A DNA stretch of 64,000 nucleotides from Candidatus Daviesbacteria bacterium (GCA_028715175.1 JAQUSJ010000001.1:404550-468549); one strand, 5' to 3'. Numbered from the stretch's first letter, positions 47,208 through 57,348 are shown. Notes: generated by a model from the sequence alone, not told the origin. Translations and numbers: made by a program.

Positions 47208-49442
47208 ATGAAACAAGTTATTGCAGCGCTCCTTGTTATCATAACCATAATTACTCTTTTTGTCGTTGCATTTACTGTTAATCAGGTAGGGGAAGAAGAG
47301 CAAAGACTTAAATCCGACCTGCAATACCGGTCCATGCTTCTTACCGAGAGCCTAAAAGCAACAGTTGAACCGAACCTTACTAGCGAATCAGCAAATTATT
47401 TACAAAGTGCGGTAGAGAAGTTTGCTAATAAGGAAAGGGTCACTGGTTTGGTAATTTATGACAATAAAAGTAAGGTGATGGCGGTTTCTTCTACAATTCT
47501 TGAGGCTACTTCTGCGGCTTCCGAGATAGTTACTAATGCCATGGATGCGGATAAAGCGAATGGAAATTTTGAGACACTGGAAAATAAAAAAGTTTATATT
47601 TTAGCAGTACCAATGCATGATGACAAAAGTGTAGTGGGCGCGTTGATGGTGATACAAAATGCCGGATATATTGATGACCGCTTAAATGAAATCTGGAAAA
47701 ATAATCTTATCAGGTTGGTCGTTCAGGCATCACTGCTCTCTTTTGCTACACTGCTTTTAATACGCTGGATTATTTACAAACCAATCCGTGGTTTGGTTGA
47801 GACATTAAAATTAGCAAGAATGGGAGGATCAGAACAGCTCCCCAAAGGTTTAACAAGCTCTTTTTTCTTTCGACCCCTTGTTGAAGAAATTTCAAATATG
47901 AGAAGCAGTTTAATGGAGGCCAGAATTTCCGCCAGCGAAGAAGCCAGGCTTCGCCTGGAAAAATTAGATTCTCCGTGGACAGCAGAGAGATTGAAGGAAT
48001 TTATCAAAGATATTTTAAAAGGAAGGACTATTTTTATGGTTTCCAACAGGGAGCCTTATATTCACACAAAAACAGGTAGAAAAATCGATTATTATTTTCC
48101 GGCCAGCGGCGTGGTTACGGCAATTGAGCCGGTGATGCAGGCTTGCGGCGGGGTCTGGATTGCCCATGGAAGCGGTGATGCAGACCGGCTGGTTGTTGAT
48201 AGCAACAGCAAAATAAAAGTTCCGCCCGATGAACCAAAATACGTACTGCGGCGTATCTGGTTAACTGAGCAGGAAGAAGTAGGTTATTATTACGGCTTTT
48301 CAAATGAAGCATTATGGCCTCTTTGTCATATAGCTTACCAGAGACCGATCTTTAAAAAAGAAGATTGGGAAGAGTATAAAAAAGTCAATCAAAAGTTTGC
48401 CGATGTTATCCTTTCCGAAATAAAAAACCATGATCGGCCGATTGTTTTAATTCAGGATTTTCACCTGGCTTTGGTTCCGAAAATGGTCAAGATGCAAAGA
48501 CCAGGGGCTGTCGTAGGGATTTTTTGGCATATTCCCTGGTCAAGCCCGGAATCTTTTAGTATCTGCCCCTGGAAAAAGGAAATTTTAGACGGCATGTTGG
48601 GAGCGGATCTTATTGGTTTTCAGACTCAACTTCACTGCAATAATTTTATTGAAACGGCAGGTAGAGAACTTGAATCCCTCATAGATTTTGAACGGTTCGC
48701 AATTACCAGAAGCAACCATACCTCCTATGTCAAACCATTTCCAATCAGTATTGCTTTTCCAGACGGTTTTGATAAAACGAAAGATCTGGATGGAAAAGAG
48801 GAAAAAGAGCGCTTGCTCAAGAGCTTAAGGATTAAGACTAAATATATCGGGCTGGGGATTGACAGGCTTGATTATACCAAAGGAATTTTGGAACGGTTTA
48901 AAGCGATTGAGATTTTCCTAAATAGATACCCGCCTTACAAAGGTAAATTTACCTTTGTCCAAATTGCCGCCCCCAGCAGAACCAGAATTAAAAAATACCG
49001 TGATTTTGCAATTGAGGTAGAAAACGAAGCGGACAGAATCAATGCTTTATTTAAAGCAAAAACCTGGAAGCCGATTATACTTTTGGCAAAACATCACAGC
49101 CACAGTGAAATCCAGAAATTTTACAGAGCGACGGATTTTTGTCTGGTGACATCCTTACATGACGGAATGAATCTGGTGGCAAAAGAATATGTGGCCTCAA
49201 GATATGATGAAAAGGGAGTTTTAATTTTGAGCCAATATACCGGTGCTTCAAGAGAGTTGAAAGATGCCTTGATTGTCAATCCCTACAATGGAGAACAAAC
49301 AGCAGACGCCATAAAGAAAGCGCTGGAGATGACTGCAAAAGAGCAGACCAAAAGGATGCGCAGCATGAGGGAAATAATCAAAAATTATAATGTTTACCGC
49401 TGGTCGGCAGAACTTTTAAAGACTATAGTCAATTTAGGGTAA
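47208..49442 (+). CDS. otsA: Trehalose-6-phosphate synthase (GT20) with an N-terminal TM-extracytoplasmic-TM-HAMP-like module
   Basis: VSNREPY, YY.GFSNEALWPLCH, FWHIPW, DRLDYTKG, HDGMNLVAKEY; ~270-aa N-terminal extension with two TMs. Confidence 0.9.
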   Translation: MKQVIAALLVIITIITLFVVAFTVNQVGEEEQRLKSDLQYRSMLLTESLKATVEPNLTSESANYLQSAVEKFANKERVTGLVIYDNKSKVMAVSSTILEATSAASEIVTNAMDADKANGNFETLENKKVYILAVPMHDDKSVVGALMVIQNAGYIDDRLNEIWKNNLIRLVVQASLLSFATLLLIRWIIYKPIRGLVETLKLARMGGSEQLPKGLTSSFFFRPLVEEISNMRSSLMEARISASEEARLRLEKLDSPWTAERLKEFIKDILKGRTIFMVSNREPYIHTKTGRKIDYYFPASGVVTAIEPVMQACGGVWIAHGSGDADRLVVDSNSKIKVPPDEPKYVLRRIWLTEQEEVGYYYGFSNEALWPLCHIAYQRPIFKKEDWEEYKKVNQKFADVILSEIKNHDRPIVLIQDFHLALVPKMVKMQRPGAVVGIFWHIPWSSPESFSICPWKKEILDGMLGADLIGFQTQLHCNNFIETAGRELESLIDFERFAITRSNHTSYVKPFPISIAFPDGFDKTKDLDGKEEKERLLKSLRIKTKYIGLGIDRLDYTKGILERFKAIEIFLNRYPPYKGKFTFVQIAAPSRTRIKKYRDFAIEVENEADRINALFKAKTWKPIILLAKHHSHSEIQKFYRATDFCLVTSLHDGMNLVAKEYVASRYDEKGVLILSQYTGASRELKDALIVNPYNGEQTADAIKKALEMTAKEQTKRMRSMREIIKNYNVYRWSAELLKTIVNLG

Positions 49443-49444
49443 TT

Positions 49445-50230
49445 ATGGATTTATGGAAAGATTTAAACAAAATTACCGCTCTTTTTAAGAGAGGCCCCAT
49501 AAAAATTTTAATGCTGGATTTTGACGGCACTTTAGCTCCGATTGCCGGATCTCCGGATAAAGCAAAGCTTTCAAAAGAATCTAAAAATTTATTAATCAAG
49601 CTTAGCAAAAAGAAGGGGTTTTATTTGGCAATTATCAGCGGTAGAAGCTTAAGCGAGCTGAAAAAGAAAGTTAACTTAAAAAACATCATCTATGCTGGCA
49701 ATCATGGGTTGGAGGGAGAAATTTTTCAGCAAAAGTATGCCTTTCCTGTCCCGGACAAAGCTTTAATGACTTTAAAAAATATCCGCGGGCAACTTGATAA
49801 AATAGCCGGCCGGTTTAAAGGGGTCTTTATTGAGGATAAAGGTTTAACATTAAGTTTTCACTACCGGCTGGTCAGTAAACAACAAGTACCTCCTGTTAAA
49901 TTACTTTTTAAGAAAACGCTGAAGTCTTATCTTAAAACTGGCTTAATTTATATCATGACGGGAAAAATGGTCTTTGATGTACGACCAAGACTAAATTGGA
50001 ATAAAGGCAGTTTTGCAAAGCTGGTAATTAACCAAATACATATACAAACAAAAACAATACCGGTCGTCGTTTTTATTGGTGACGACAAAACCGATGAGGA
50101 CGTTTTTCAAAAAGTTGGAAAAGGAATTACTATAAAAGTAGGCGGTGATTACCGGTCAAACGCTAAGTATCGGTTTAGTAATACCAAAGATGTTTTTAAG
50201 TTTCTTGAGTGGATAGCAGATAATTTCTAG
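49445..50230 (+). CDS. otsB: Trehalose-6-phosphate phosphatase (HAD)
   Basis: LDFDGTL, ISGR, GNHGLE, HYR, NKG, GDDKTDEDVF. Confidence 0.93.
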   Translation: MDLWKDLNKITALFKRGPIKILMLDFDGTLAPIAGSPDKAKLSKESKNLLIKLSKKKGFYLAIISGRSLSELKKKVNLKNIIYAGNHGLEGEIFQQKYAFPVPDKALMTLKNIRGQLDKIAGRFKGVFIEDKGLTLSFHYRLVSKQQVPPVKLLFKKTLKSYLKTGLIYIMTGKMVFDVRPRLNWNKGSFAKLVINQIHIQTKTIPVVVFIGDDKTDEDVFQKVGKGITIKVGGDYRSNAKYRFSNTKDVFKFLEWIADNF

Positions 50231-50263
50231 TCACTATAAATAATTTTCTGATATAGTAAATAT

Positions 50264-51475
50264 ATGGCGGATATAAAAGAGGAATGTCGTCGGATTTTTT
50301 CAAATAACCGACGTAAAGTTAGAGATCTTCAATATACCGTTCCTTCTCCCAGCGCTTATCCATATCAGTGGCTATGGGATTCTTGCTTTCATGCCATAAT
50401 TTTGGTTCACTTTAAAACAGGTGATGCAAAAAAAGAAATTCTGTCGCTTTTGTCAAAACAGTTTCAAAATGGGATGATCCCTCATATGATTTATTGGAAA
50501 AAATATAAAAAGACCAATTTCCCCCGGATTAAGTGGGGAAAAGAAGAAACCAGTACTATTACTCAACCGCCAATGCTCGCATTTGCAGTGTGGCAGATTT
50601 TTCAAAAGGAAAAAGATAAACTTTTCTTAAGATCGGTTTATCCTCATCTTTACCACTTTTACAGATATTTGCTAACCGAGCGCGATCCTCATGAAAATCA
50701 TCTGATTGGAATTATGAATTCTGATGAATCCGGCGAAGACAACTCTCCCAGATTTGATTTACCTTTAGGATTACCGCCGGTGCAGACTCTAAAAGAAAAT
50801 ATTAAAAGAAGGCTCAAATTAGTGGCTCAAAATATTGAGTGTAAATTTGATGCCCCATTTTGTATGAGGAATTTTTTCTGGGTTAAAGATATATCTTTTA
50901 ATTCCATTATGGTAGCAAATTTAGCTTTTTTGGCAAAACTTGCCGGGGAGTTGGGTAACAGCGAGGATGCTGCCTATTTTATTAAAGTAGCAGAAGATAT
51001 ATCTTCTGCTATGAGACAATTTATGCGGGAAGATGGTGTTTTTTACTCAACTTATGGGGAGGAATACAAAAAGATTAAAGTTAAGACTTGGGCCATATTT
51101 GCTCCGCTTTTTGCTAAAATCCTTAAGCCTCAGGAGGCGAAACAATTAGTTAATCGGCACTTGCTTAACAAGAAGGAGTTTTGGACGAATTTTCCGATTC
51201 CTACTACTTCTTTAGATGAACCGTCCTTTGACCCCCAAGGCTATTGGAGAGGACCGACATGGATAGCGACTAATTGGTTTGTCTATAAGGGTTTGTTAAA
51301 TTACGGCTTCCGGGACATAGCAGAAGAGATTAAAAAATCCTCTACTGGTTTAATTCAAAAATCCGGCTTCCGTGAATATTTTAATCCCCAAACAGGGGAG
51401 GGATTAGGGGCAGAGAATTTTACTTGGGGCGGGCTAGTTATAGATATGGATGGATTTGGTACAATTAATGAGTGA
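50264..51475 (+). CDS. (alpha/alpha)6 glycoside hydrolase, GH63/MGH1 or trehalase-like
   Basis: YPYQWLWDS, TQPP, ESGEDNSPRFD, YWRGPTW, FREYFNP.TGEG.GA..FTW. Confidence 0.85.
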   Translation: MADIKEECRRIFSNNRRKVRDLQYTVPSPSAYPYQWLWDSCFHAIILVHFKTGDAKKEILSLLSKQFQNGMIPHMIYWKKYKKTNFPRIKWGKEETSTITQPPMLAFAVWQIFQKEKDKLFLRSVYPHLYHFYRYLLTERDPHENHLIGIMNSDESGEDNSPRFDLPLGLPPVQTLKENIKRRLKLVAQNIECKFDAPFCMRNFFWVKDISFNSIMVANLAFLAKLAGELGNSEDAAYFIKVAEDISSAMRQFMREDGVFYSTYGEEYKKIKVKTWAIFAPLFAKILKPQEAKQLVNRHLLNKKEFWTNFPIPTTSLDEPSFDPQGYWRGPTWIATNWFVYKGLLNYGFRDIAEEIKKSSTGLIQKSGFREYFNPQTGEGLGAENFTWGGLVIDMDGFGTINE

Positions 51476-52695
51476 GAAGCATACTTAAACAAACTTCCTG
51501 GTTGTTTTTTTTTCAAACTATAACCAGAATAATAGGCTTTTTCTATGTGATTTATTTAGCCAGGATTTTAGGCGTTTTTGATTTTGGTTTACTAACCGCT
51601 GCTCTGGCATATTTTTCAATCATTTCTTCTATTGCCGACTTTGGATTTAACAGATTTTTAATCAGGGAAGTTGCAAGAGACAGGTTGCAGGCGCCTCAAC
51701 TCATTTGTAATGTGGCTGTATTTCGATTAACGCTAACTTCGGTTTTATTCGCGGTATTTTCTATATTTTTGTATGCGTTGGATCAGGATAAAATGAGGAT
51801 TAGCTTGATTTTGTTGGCGACACTGGCGATTTTACCTCAATCTATTGCCTTTACCTTTGATGCAATTTTCGTTGCAATTCAAAAATTGCAGTTTTCTGCC
51901 GGCGCTCTTTTTATCTCCAGTTTAACAACCGCCCTTGCCGGTTTAATCTTAATTGAAAACGGTTTTGGTGTTTGGGGCGCAGTGAATGCTTTAATTCTGG
52001 GGCAGTTTATTTATGCGGCTACCCTAACTTATCTTTTATATAGACAACAAGGGATATTTTTATCGGCGGTTAAATCACGCGTAATTAAGGAGGCAATACT
52101 GGGGTCTTTGCCTTATGGTTTACTTTCGGTATTAGGGCTCTTGTATTTCAGGATTGATAGCGTTTTACTTTCTTATATCAAAGGAAATTTCGAGACGGGC
52201 ATTTACGGAGTTGCCTATAAGTTTTTAGAAGCTGTGATATTTATTCCCGGAGCTTTTTCGCTGGCTCTGTTTCCAATTTTGGCGAAGCTGCATGATGACA
52301 GGACAGATGAAATGAGAAAGCTATATTTTAAGAGCATTAAGCTGATGGGGGTAGTAGGCATAATGTTATTTCTCGTATATTTTTTGATATTGCCTTCATT
52401 AATAAGACTTTTTTTGCCAAATTATTTGCAATCTATAGAAGCCATAAGGATACTTTCTTTTTCAATTCCGTTTATATTTATAGCTGCTCCCGGCGTACAA
52501 GTTTTATTATCATCCGAAAAATATTTAAAATTAGTGGTATTGCTTTCGCTTTTTACAGTAGCATTTAACATTATATTGAACCTGATTTTTATTCCACAAT
52601 TTGGGTTTAGGGCAGCAGCCTGGATTACGGTTGCATCGGATATACTTTCTTTTGCAATCTTTTACCTGCTGATTGTTAAGAAGATTTTTAAATGA
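51472..52695 (+). CDS. Wzx-type polysaccharide flippase
   Basis: Multi-TM; YLARILG..DFG, RID..LL, GIYGVAYK, NLIFIPQFG...AAW.T. Confidence 0.88.
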   Translation: MRSILKQTSWLFFFQTITRIIGFFYVIYLARILGVFDFGLLTAALAYFSIISSIADFGFNRFLIREVARDRLQAPQLICNVAVFRLTLTSVLFAVFSIFLYALDQDKMRISLILLATLAILPQSIAFTFDAIFVAIQKLQFSAGALFISSLTTALAGLILIENGFGVWGAVNALILGQFIYAATLTYLLYRQQGIFLSAVKSRVIKEAILGSLPYGLLSVLGLLYFRIDSVLLSYIKGNFETGIYGVAYKFLEAVIFIPGAFSLALFPILAKLHDDRTDEMRKLYFKSIKLMGVVGIMLFLVYFLILPSLIRLFLPNYLQSIEAIRILSFSIPFIFIAAPGVQVLLSSEKYLKLVVLLSLFTVAFNIILNLIFIPQFGFRAAAWITVASDILSFAIFYLLIVKKIFK

Positions 52696-53672
52696 AAAAA
52701 ATTAGGGCTTCGGTAGTAATCCCAAACTGGAATGGAAAAAATTTATTGGAAGATTGTCTGCAGTCTTTGGAAAATCAAAGCCTTAAGGATTTTGAAATAA
52801 TTCTGGTGGATAATGGTTCGGAAGACGAGTCAATAAAGTATGCACAGGATAATTTTCCTCAAGTAAAGATAATTAAATTGGAGAGGAATTTTGGTTTTGC
52901 CAGGGCTATTAATGAAGGGGTTAAAGCCTCAGTTGCCGAGTATGTAGTATTTTTGAACAATGATACGGAAGTTGATAAAGAATGGTTGAAAAATCTAATT
53001 TATTGTGCTAGAGGGTATCCCGAGGTAATTTCTGTTAATTCCAAACTATTAAATTTTTATGACAGGAAGATAATAGACGGGGTAGGAATTTTGATTAATG
53101 AGATAGGTCAGGCCAGGTCTGTTGGTTGGCAAGAAAAAGACCTTGGTCAGTTTGATAAGGAGCAGTATATTTTTGGGGCAACCGGCGGGGCGTCGCTTTT
53201 TAGAAGGGCAGATTTTATTAAAGTAGGGGGGTTTGATGAAAATTATTTTATGTATTCGGAGGAAGTTGATTTTGCCTTTAGGGCTCAGTTTCAAGGATAC
53301 AAGTCAATTTTTTGTTCCAAAGCAGTGGTATACCACAAGCATAAGGCCTCGGCCCGGGGAAAACCGCAACATATTGAATATTGGCAGTTTCGCAACATGA
53401 CCCAGACAATTATTAAAGATTTTCCAACGAGCGTTTTATTTAAAAGATGGCGATGGTTAAAAATAATTGCCGTGCATTTAAATACAATTTTTTATCAAGT
53501 TAGAAATGGATATTTTTGGCCACCGCTTTTGGCTATGCTTTGGATACTTTTTCACCTGCCTAAACTTTTAGATGAAAGAAGGAAAATCCAGATAAATAGA
53601 AAAGTAAGTGATGAATATATTGAAAATTTTTTGAAAGAAAAGAAGATTACTTTTTGGGGATTGTGGAGATAA
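52692..53672 (+). CDS. GT2 glycosyltransferase (rhamnosyltransferase-like)
   Basis: VIPNWNG, VDNGS.D, NFGFA.AIN, LNNDT, FDENYFMYSEEVD. Confidence 0.9.
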   Translation: MKKIRASVVIPNWNGKNLLEDCLQSLENQSLKDFEIILVDNGSEDESIKYAQDNFPQVKIIKLERNFGFARAINEGVKASVAEYVVFLNNDTEVDKEWLKNLIYCARGYPEVISVNSKLLNFYDRKIIDGVGILINEIGQARSVGWQEKDLGQFDKEQYIFGATGGASLFRRADFIKVGGFDENYFMYSEEVDFAFRAQFQGYKSIFCSKAVVYHKHKASARGKPQHIEYWQFRNMTQTIIKDFPTSVLFKRWRWLKIIAVHLNTIFYQVRNGYFWPPLLAMLWILFHLPKLLDERRKIQINRKVSDEYIENFLKEKKITFWGLWR

Positions 53673-54795
53673 TCATTATCCAGGCGAGGATCGGAGGATA
53701 GAAGAAACTGTTGGCAAAAAAGGAATGGATAAGCAGTCCGGTAAGTCCTGAGATTAAAATTAAATTCTTGCCGGTTGAAGATTTGATGAGAGTCCATAAG
53801 AAATAAAGATAGGAAATCAGCCCCAGAATGCCGGTTGTTGATGCTACAAAGAGAAGGGAAGAGTCGTTGCTGGAAGCGCCGTGGCTTTTTAGAAATTGTT
53901 CATCTCCTAAGCTATATTCTCTGATTGCATACCTGTAGGTATTAAATCCTATTCCTAAAATAGGATTTTTTTGGAAAATTTGAAAACCCTGTTGCCATGT
54001 ATTAAGACGCAGTGAGGCAGATTGTTCTCTATTGATATTTCGCGGTGTAGCCACAAGACGGTTGTAAATTTGAAAACTCAGCAGCAAGAAAGTAAAAAGA
54101 AGCAAAGTTATGATGACATATTTTTTTGATTTTTTAGAAAGAGAAAATGTTAAACCGCTGACTAAAAACATAAAATAACTGCTACGGGAGAAAGTAGTTA
54201 AGAGAGCTGCATAAGTTATTATAAAAAACAGTGTATTCCATTTCTTGGCCATTGCCAAATTTTGGAATATTAATATTAAAGTCAGGACCAGAAAAGCTCC
54301 GGCAAAATTTGGGTCTAAAAAAGTGGAAACAGTTCTATAGTAGTGCGGATCCCATCCACTTGTTGATAAAAATCTTAAATCAGGCAAAAATATAAATTGC
54401 AAAAATCCCAGTACTGCAAAAGAAATTCCGGCAAGCAAAAGTGTTTTTTGTAAACTTTTCCTGAAATCACCAAATGCATCTGAAAAGATAAGCCAGGCAA
54501 TGAGAATATACAGAGCAAAACGGATAATATACAAAAAACCGGTAATATATTCATTTAATTTAAGATGTAAAGGAGTAAGAACAAGGGAAGCAATTGCCAG
54601 GGAAATGAAAATAAGCGCTGCGGTAATCCGGGCAGGGGGTTTGCGGAGTTGGAGTTTTATTTTGAGTAATCCCCACAGACAGAAAAAAGTTATAGTAATA
54701 TCTAAAATTGTGATGCCGCCATTTGCAAAAGGTATCCTAATCAATTGACCCGCTGATATGGCGAATGCTAGAATTAAACCTAAAAGATTGGTCAT
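53647..54795 (-). CDS. O-antigen ligase family protein
   Basis: RTVSTFLDPNFAG, TFSRSS, R..TW...NPILGIGFN, IHSFF.N. Confidence 0.82.
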   Translation of the reverse strand: MTNLLGLILAFAISAGQLIRIPFANGGITILDITITFFCLWGLLKIKLQLRKPPARITAALIFISLAIASLVLTPLHLKLNEYITGFLYIIRFALYILIAWLIFSDAFGDFRKSLQKTLLLAGISFAVLGFLQFIFLPDLRFLSTSGWDPHYYRTVSTFLDPNFAGAFLVLTLILIFQNLAMAKKWNTLFFIITYAALLTTFSRSSYFMFLVSGLTFSLSKKSKKYVIITLLLFTFLLLSFQIYNRLVATPRNINREQSASLRLNTWQQGFQIFQKNPILGIGFNTYRYAIREYSLGDEQFLKSHGASSNDSSLLFVASTTGILGLISYLYFLWTLIKSSTGKNLILISGLTGLLIHSFFANSFFYPPILAWIMIISTIPKK

Positions 54796-54809
54796 GCAAT
54801 ATACTTTTT

Positions 54810-55850
54810 ATGAAATTTTATTCTAAAGTTGTTTCCATATTCATCATTTGGCTTGTATCGGTTTTGTTTATTACCTATTTTGGTTTTTCTACTTTACCAC
54901 ATTCCAATAAATTTGAGTATGATTTTTTTGGAAGTTTCGGCAATTGGGACGGCGGACACTTCCTGGGAATTGCCAAAGCAGGTTACAGCCAAAAATTCCA
55001 GTATGCTTTTTTTCCGTTGTATCCTTTGGCGATTAAAGTCTTAAGTTTAGTGACCCACAATTATTTGCTGGCAGCGGTTTTGATAAGTATGGTTGCAACT
55101 TTTTTAGGATTGAATCTTTTGTATAAGCTGGTGATAGAGGATTTTGACAAGAAAATTGCTACAGAAACGGTTTTAATTTTTTTATTTTTTCCCACGTCTT
55201 TCTTTTTATTGACCGCTTATTCCGAAGGATTATTCTTTTTTCTGGCCGTTTTGACGTTTTATCTTTTGCGGCAAAAAAAAATATTTTGGGGAGTTACCGC
55301 AGCCGCTTTAGTTTCCGCCAGCAGACTAGCCGGTCTGGCAGTAGTAGCAGGATTAATAACAGAGGTGATATTGACTCAAGGGTTTAACCGTAAAAATTGG
55401 TACATAATATTTGCTCCGGCAGGATTTGTGATCTATTGTGTTTATCTTTATCTCCAGACAGGCGACCCGTTTTATTTTATTACGGCTGAAAATCATTGGC
55501 AAAGAACATTGGCCGTACCAACAGCCGGTTTCTGGCAAGCCTTAACAAATGTCACAAGTTTTAATATTTTCCTTGATTTAATTTTTGCCATACTGGGAGT
55601 GGGGTTTGCTGTAAGGTCTTTGCGGTTTTTATCTCCTTCCCTGGCTATTTATAGTTTACTGTCGGTCGGTATCCCTCTTTTTACCGCCACCCTTTCATCG
55701 ATGCCGCGATTTCTACTGCCTGTATTTCCGATATTTATTTTAATGGCATTAATAAAAAAACCGCTGGTAAGCATAAGTCTGCGGGTTTTTTCTATTATGT
55801 TGCTGGCGGAATTCAGCACTTTATTTATAACCGGCTACTTTGTTTCTTAA
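54810..55850 (+). CDS. GT76/PIG-V-like membrane mannosyltransferase
   Basis: NWDGGHFL.IA..GY, AFFPLYP, AYSEGLF, SMPRF. Confidence 0.8.
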   Translation: MKFYSKVVSIFIIWLVSVLFITYFGFSTLPHSNKFEYDFFGSFGNWDGGHFLGIAKAGYSQKFQYAFFPLYPLAIKVLSLVTHNYLLAAVLISMVATFLGLNLLYKLVIEDFDKKIATETVLIFLFFPTSFFLLTAYSEGLFFFLAVLTFYLLRQKKIFWGVTAAALVSASRLAGLAVVAGLITEVILTQGFNRKNWYIIFAPAGFVIYCVYLYLQTGDPFYFITAENHWQRTLAVPTAGFWQALTNVTSFNIFLDLIFAILGVGFAVRSLRFLSPSLAIYSLLSVGIPLFTATLSSMPRFLLPVFPIFILMALIKKPLVSISLRVFSIMLLAEFSTLFITGYFVS

Positions 55851-56578
55851 GGACTATAGTTAATTATTCTTTGGACTTCACTTTGATTTAAAGCAGAATC
55901 CTGTGCTTTTATGGAAATAGTATTATCGCCGTCGTTTAAAGATTGGTCAATTGTGAAACTCCCGTCACCGTTGACAATCGCCTGGGTATTGTTGACAAAG
56001 ACTTTTGCGCCAGGCTCGGTTTTACCTGAAACTTTTACTTTCCTGTCGCCGCCCTGGATTTTTTTGTTGTCTTCGGGTTCGCTTACGATAAGAGACGGTT
56101 TTTCGCTGTCGTAAATTAATTTAATGGTTTTTGATGGTAAGCTTTCTTTTTCCTGTTCGTCCAAAGTAGTGCCGTAGATGTTATTTATGCCGAGATATAA
56201 AGTTACGTTTGCAAAAGTAAAGCTGCCCTCACTTGAGACATCAACAGTTTGTAGTGACTCACCGTCAATATAAAGCCTGACGCGGGAGCCGGGACTTGCA
56301 AATCCTTGAATATCAATTTGAGCAGAATTTGTAGCCTCGAAAGGAATATTTAAAACCGGCGGAGCCAGGGAAGCATTTTGGGCTGATTTAGGAGTTAGTG
56401 CCTGGGGAGGTTTGATAATATTTTTAATAACCCCAACGCTGCCGATGAAGTACGGTAAAACCCAGTTTAAGGTGGCATAGATTAAAAATATGATGATAAC
56501 TAAAGTAACTATGAAATTCCTTCTACTTTTGCGGGCTAATCTTCTGGTTGATCTTCTGGAGCGGTATCTATAGCTCAT
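55847..56578 (-). CDS. Membrane-anchored protein with two Ig-like domains
   Basis: Basic N-terminus and TM; two beta-sandwich repeats (GSFT...L..G.N.I). Confidence 0.7.
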   Translation of the reverse strand: MSYRYRSRRSTRRLARKSRRNFIVTLVIIIFLIYATLNWVLPYFIGSVGVIKNIIKPPQALTPKSAQNASLAPPVLNIPFEATNSAQIDIQGFASPGSRVRLYIDGESLQTVDVSSEGSFTFANVTLYLGINNIYGTTLDEQEKESLPSKTIKLIYDSEKPSLIVSEPEDNKKIQGGDRKVKVSGKTEPGAKVFVNNTQAIVNGDGSFTIDQSLNDGDNTISIKAQDSALNQSEVQRIINYSP

Positions 56579-56617
56579 ATTCAGAGTATATCAAAATCTG
56601 GTAAAATGTGACGGATA

Positions 56618-56691
56618 GCGGGATTGGTTCAGTGGTAGAATACCGCCTTCCCAAGGCGGGGACGCGAGTTCGATTCTCGTATCCCGCTCCA
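56618..56691 (+). tRNA. tRNA-Gly(CCC), CCA encoded
   Basis: Acceptor GCGGGAT/ATCCCGC, anticodon CCC at 56650-56652, T-loop TTCGATT. Confidence 0.95.
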
Positions 56692-56748
56692 AAAGTGACA
56701 GAAATGTACAGAAAATTACATTAAATTACAATAAGGGAGGTGAGAAAA

Positions 56749-57147
56749 ATGGAAGAAAAAGGAACTATTATCTGGAACGAATTAGTAACAGCAGATCAAA
56801 AGAAAGCAGGAGATTTTTACAGCGGTTTGCTAGGTTGGACTAGAAAAGAAGTTGATGCTGGCCCATTAGGTACGTATACACTTTTTCAGAAAGATGGTAA
56901 AGATGTTGCAGGAATGATGAACCCAACTGCAACAGATTACGAACAAGCATCTAAACCACCCCGTTGGAATGCCTATATTGCAGTGGATAACATTGACGAA
57001 GTCACGGCTCGCGTAACAGAACTTGGAGGTAGAGTTTTAGAACTGGTTAACGATGTGCCTGGAACTGGAAAAATTAGCATGATTGCAGATCCAACTGGGG
57101 CAATGATCTTGCTTATGCAGCCAGAGCCAACGCCAGAAAATCCTTAA
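56749..57147 (+). CDS. VOC/glyoxalase family protein
   Basis: WNEL.T.D...A.DFY..LLGW, WNAYIAVD, GG.V, DP.GA; strong SD GGAGGTGA at 56736-56743. Confidence 0.88.
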   Translation: MEEKGTIIWNELVTADQKKAGDFYSGLLGWTRKEVDAGPLGTYTLFQKDGKDVAGMMNPTATDYEQASKPPRWNAYIAVDNIDEVTARVTELGGRVLELVNDVPGTGKISMIADPTGAMILLMQPEPTPENP

Positions 57148-57276
57148 AGATAGGGTTTTAGTTGGTGGCAGAGAAGGATGTTATGCCCATATAATCTTTA
57201 AGAGCTTGAATCTGCAATCCCAATTCGGGTGTTACAAGTGTCCTTAGGTTCGAGCGAAGTACGGTCACCAGCTCCA

Positions 57277-57348
57277 GCCGGTGTAGCTTAGTGGAAAAGC
57301 ACCACTTTCGTAAAGTGGGGAGCGACGGTTCGATCCCGTCCACCGGCT
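57277..57348 (+). tRNA. tRNA-Thr(CGT), CCA not encoded
   Basis: Acceptor GCCGGTG/CACCGGC, anticodon CGT at 57309-57311, T-loop TTCGATC. Confidence 0.93.

Noticed and set aside
57158-57343. 61-aa minus-strand ORF, and the 86-aa ORF at 59608-59868
   Set aside because: They overlap tRNA-Thr and tRNA-Asp; translation artefacts
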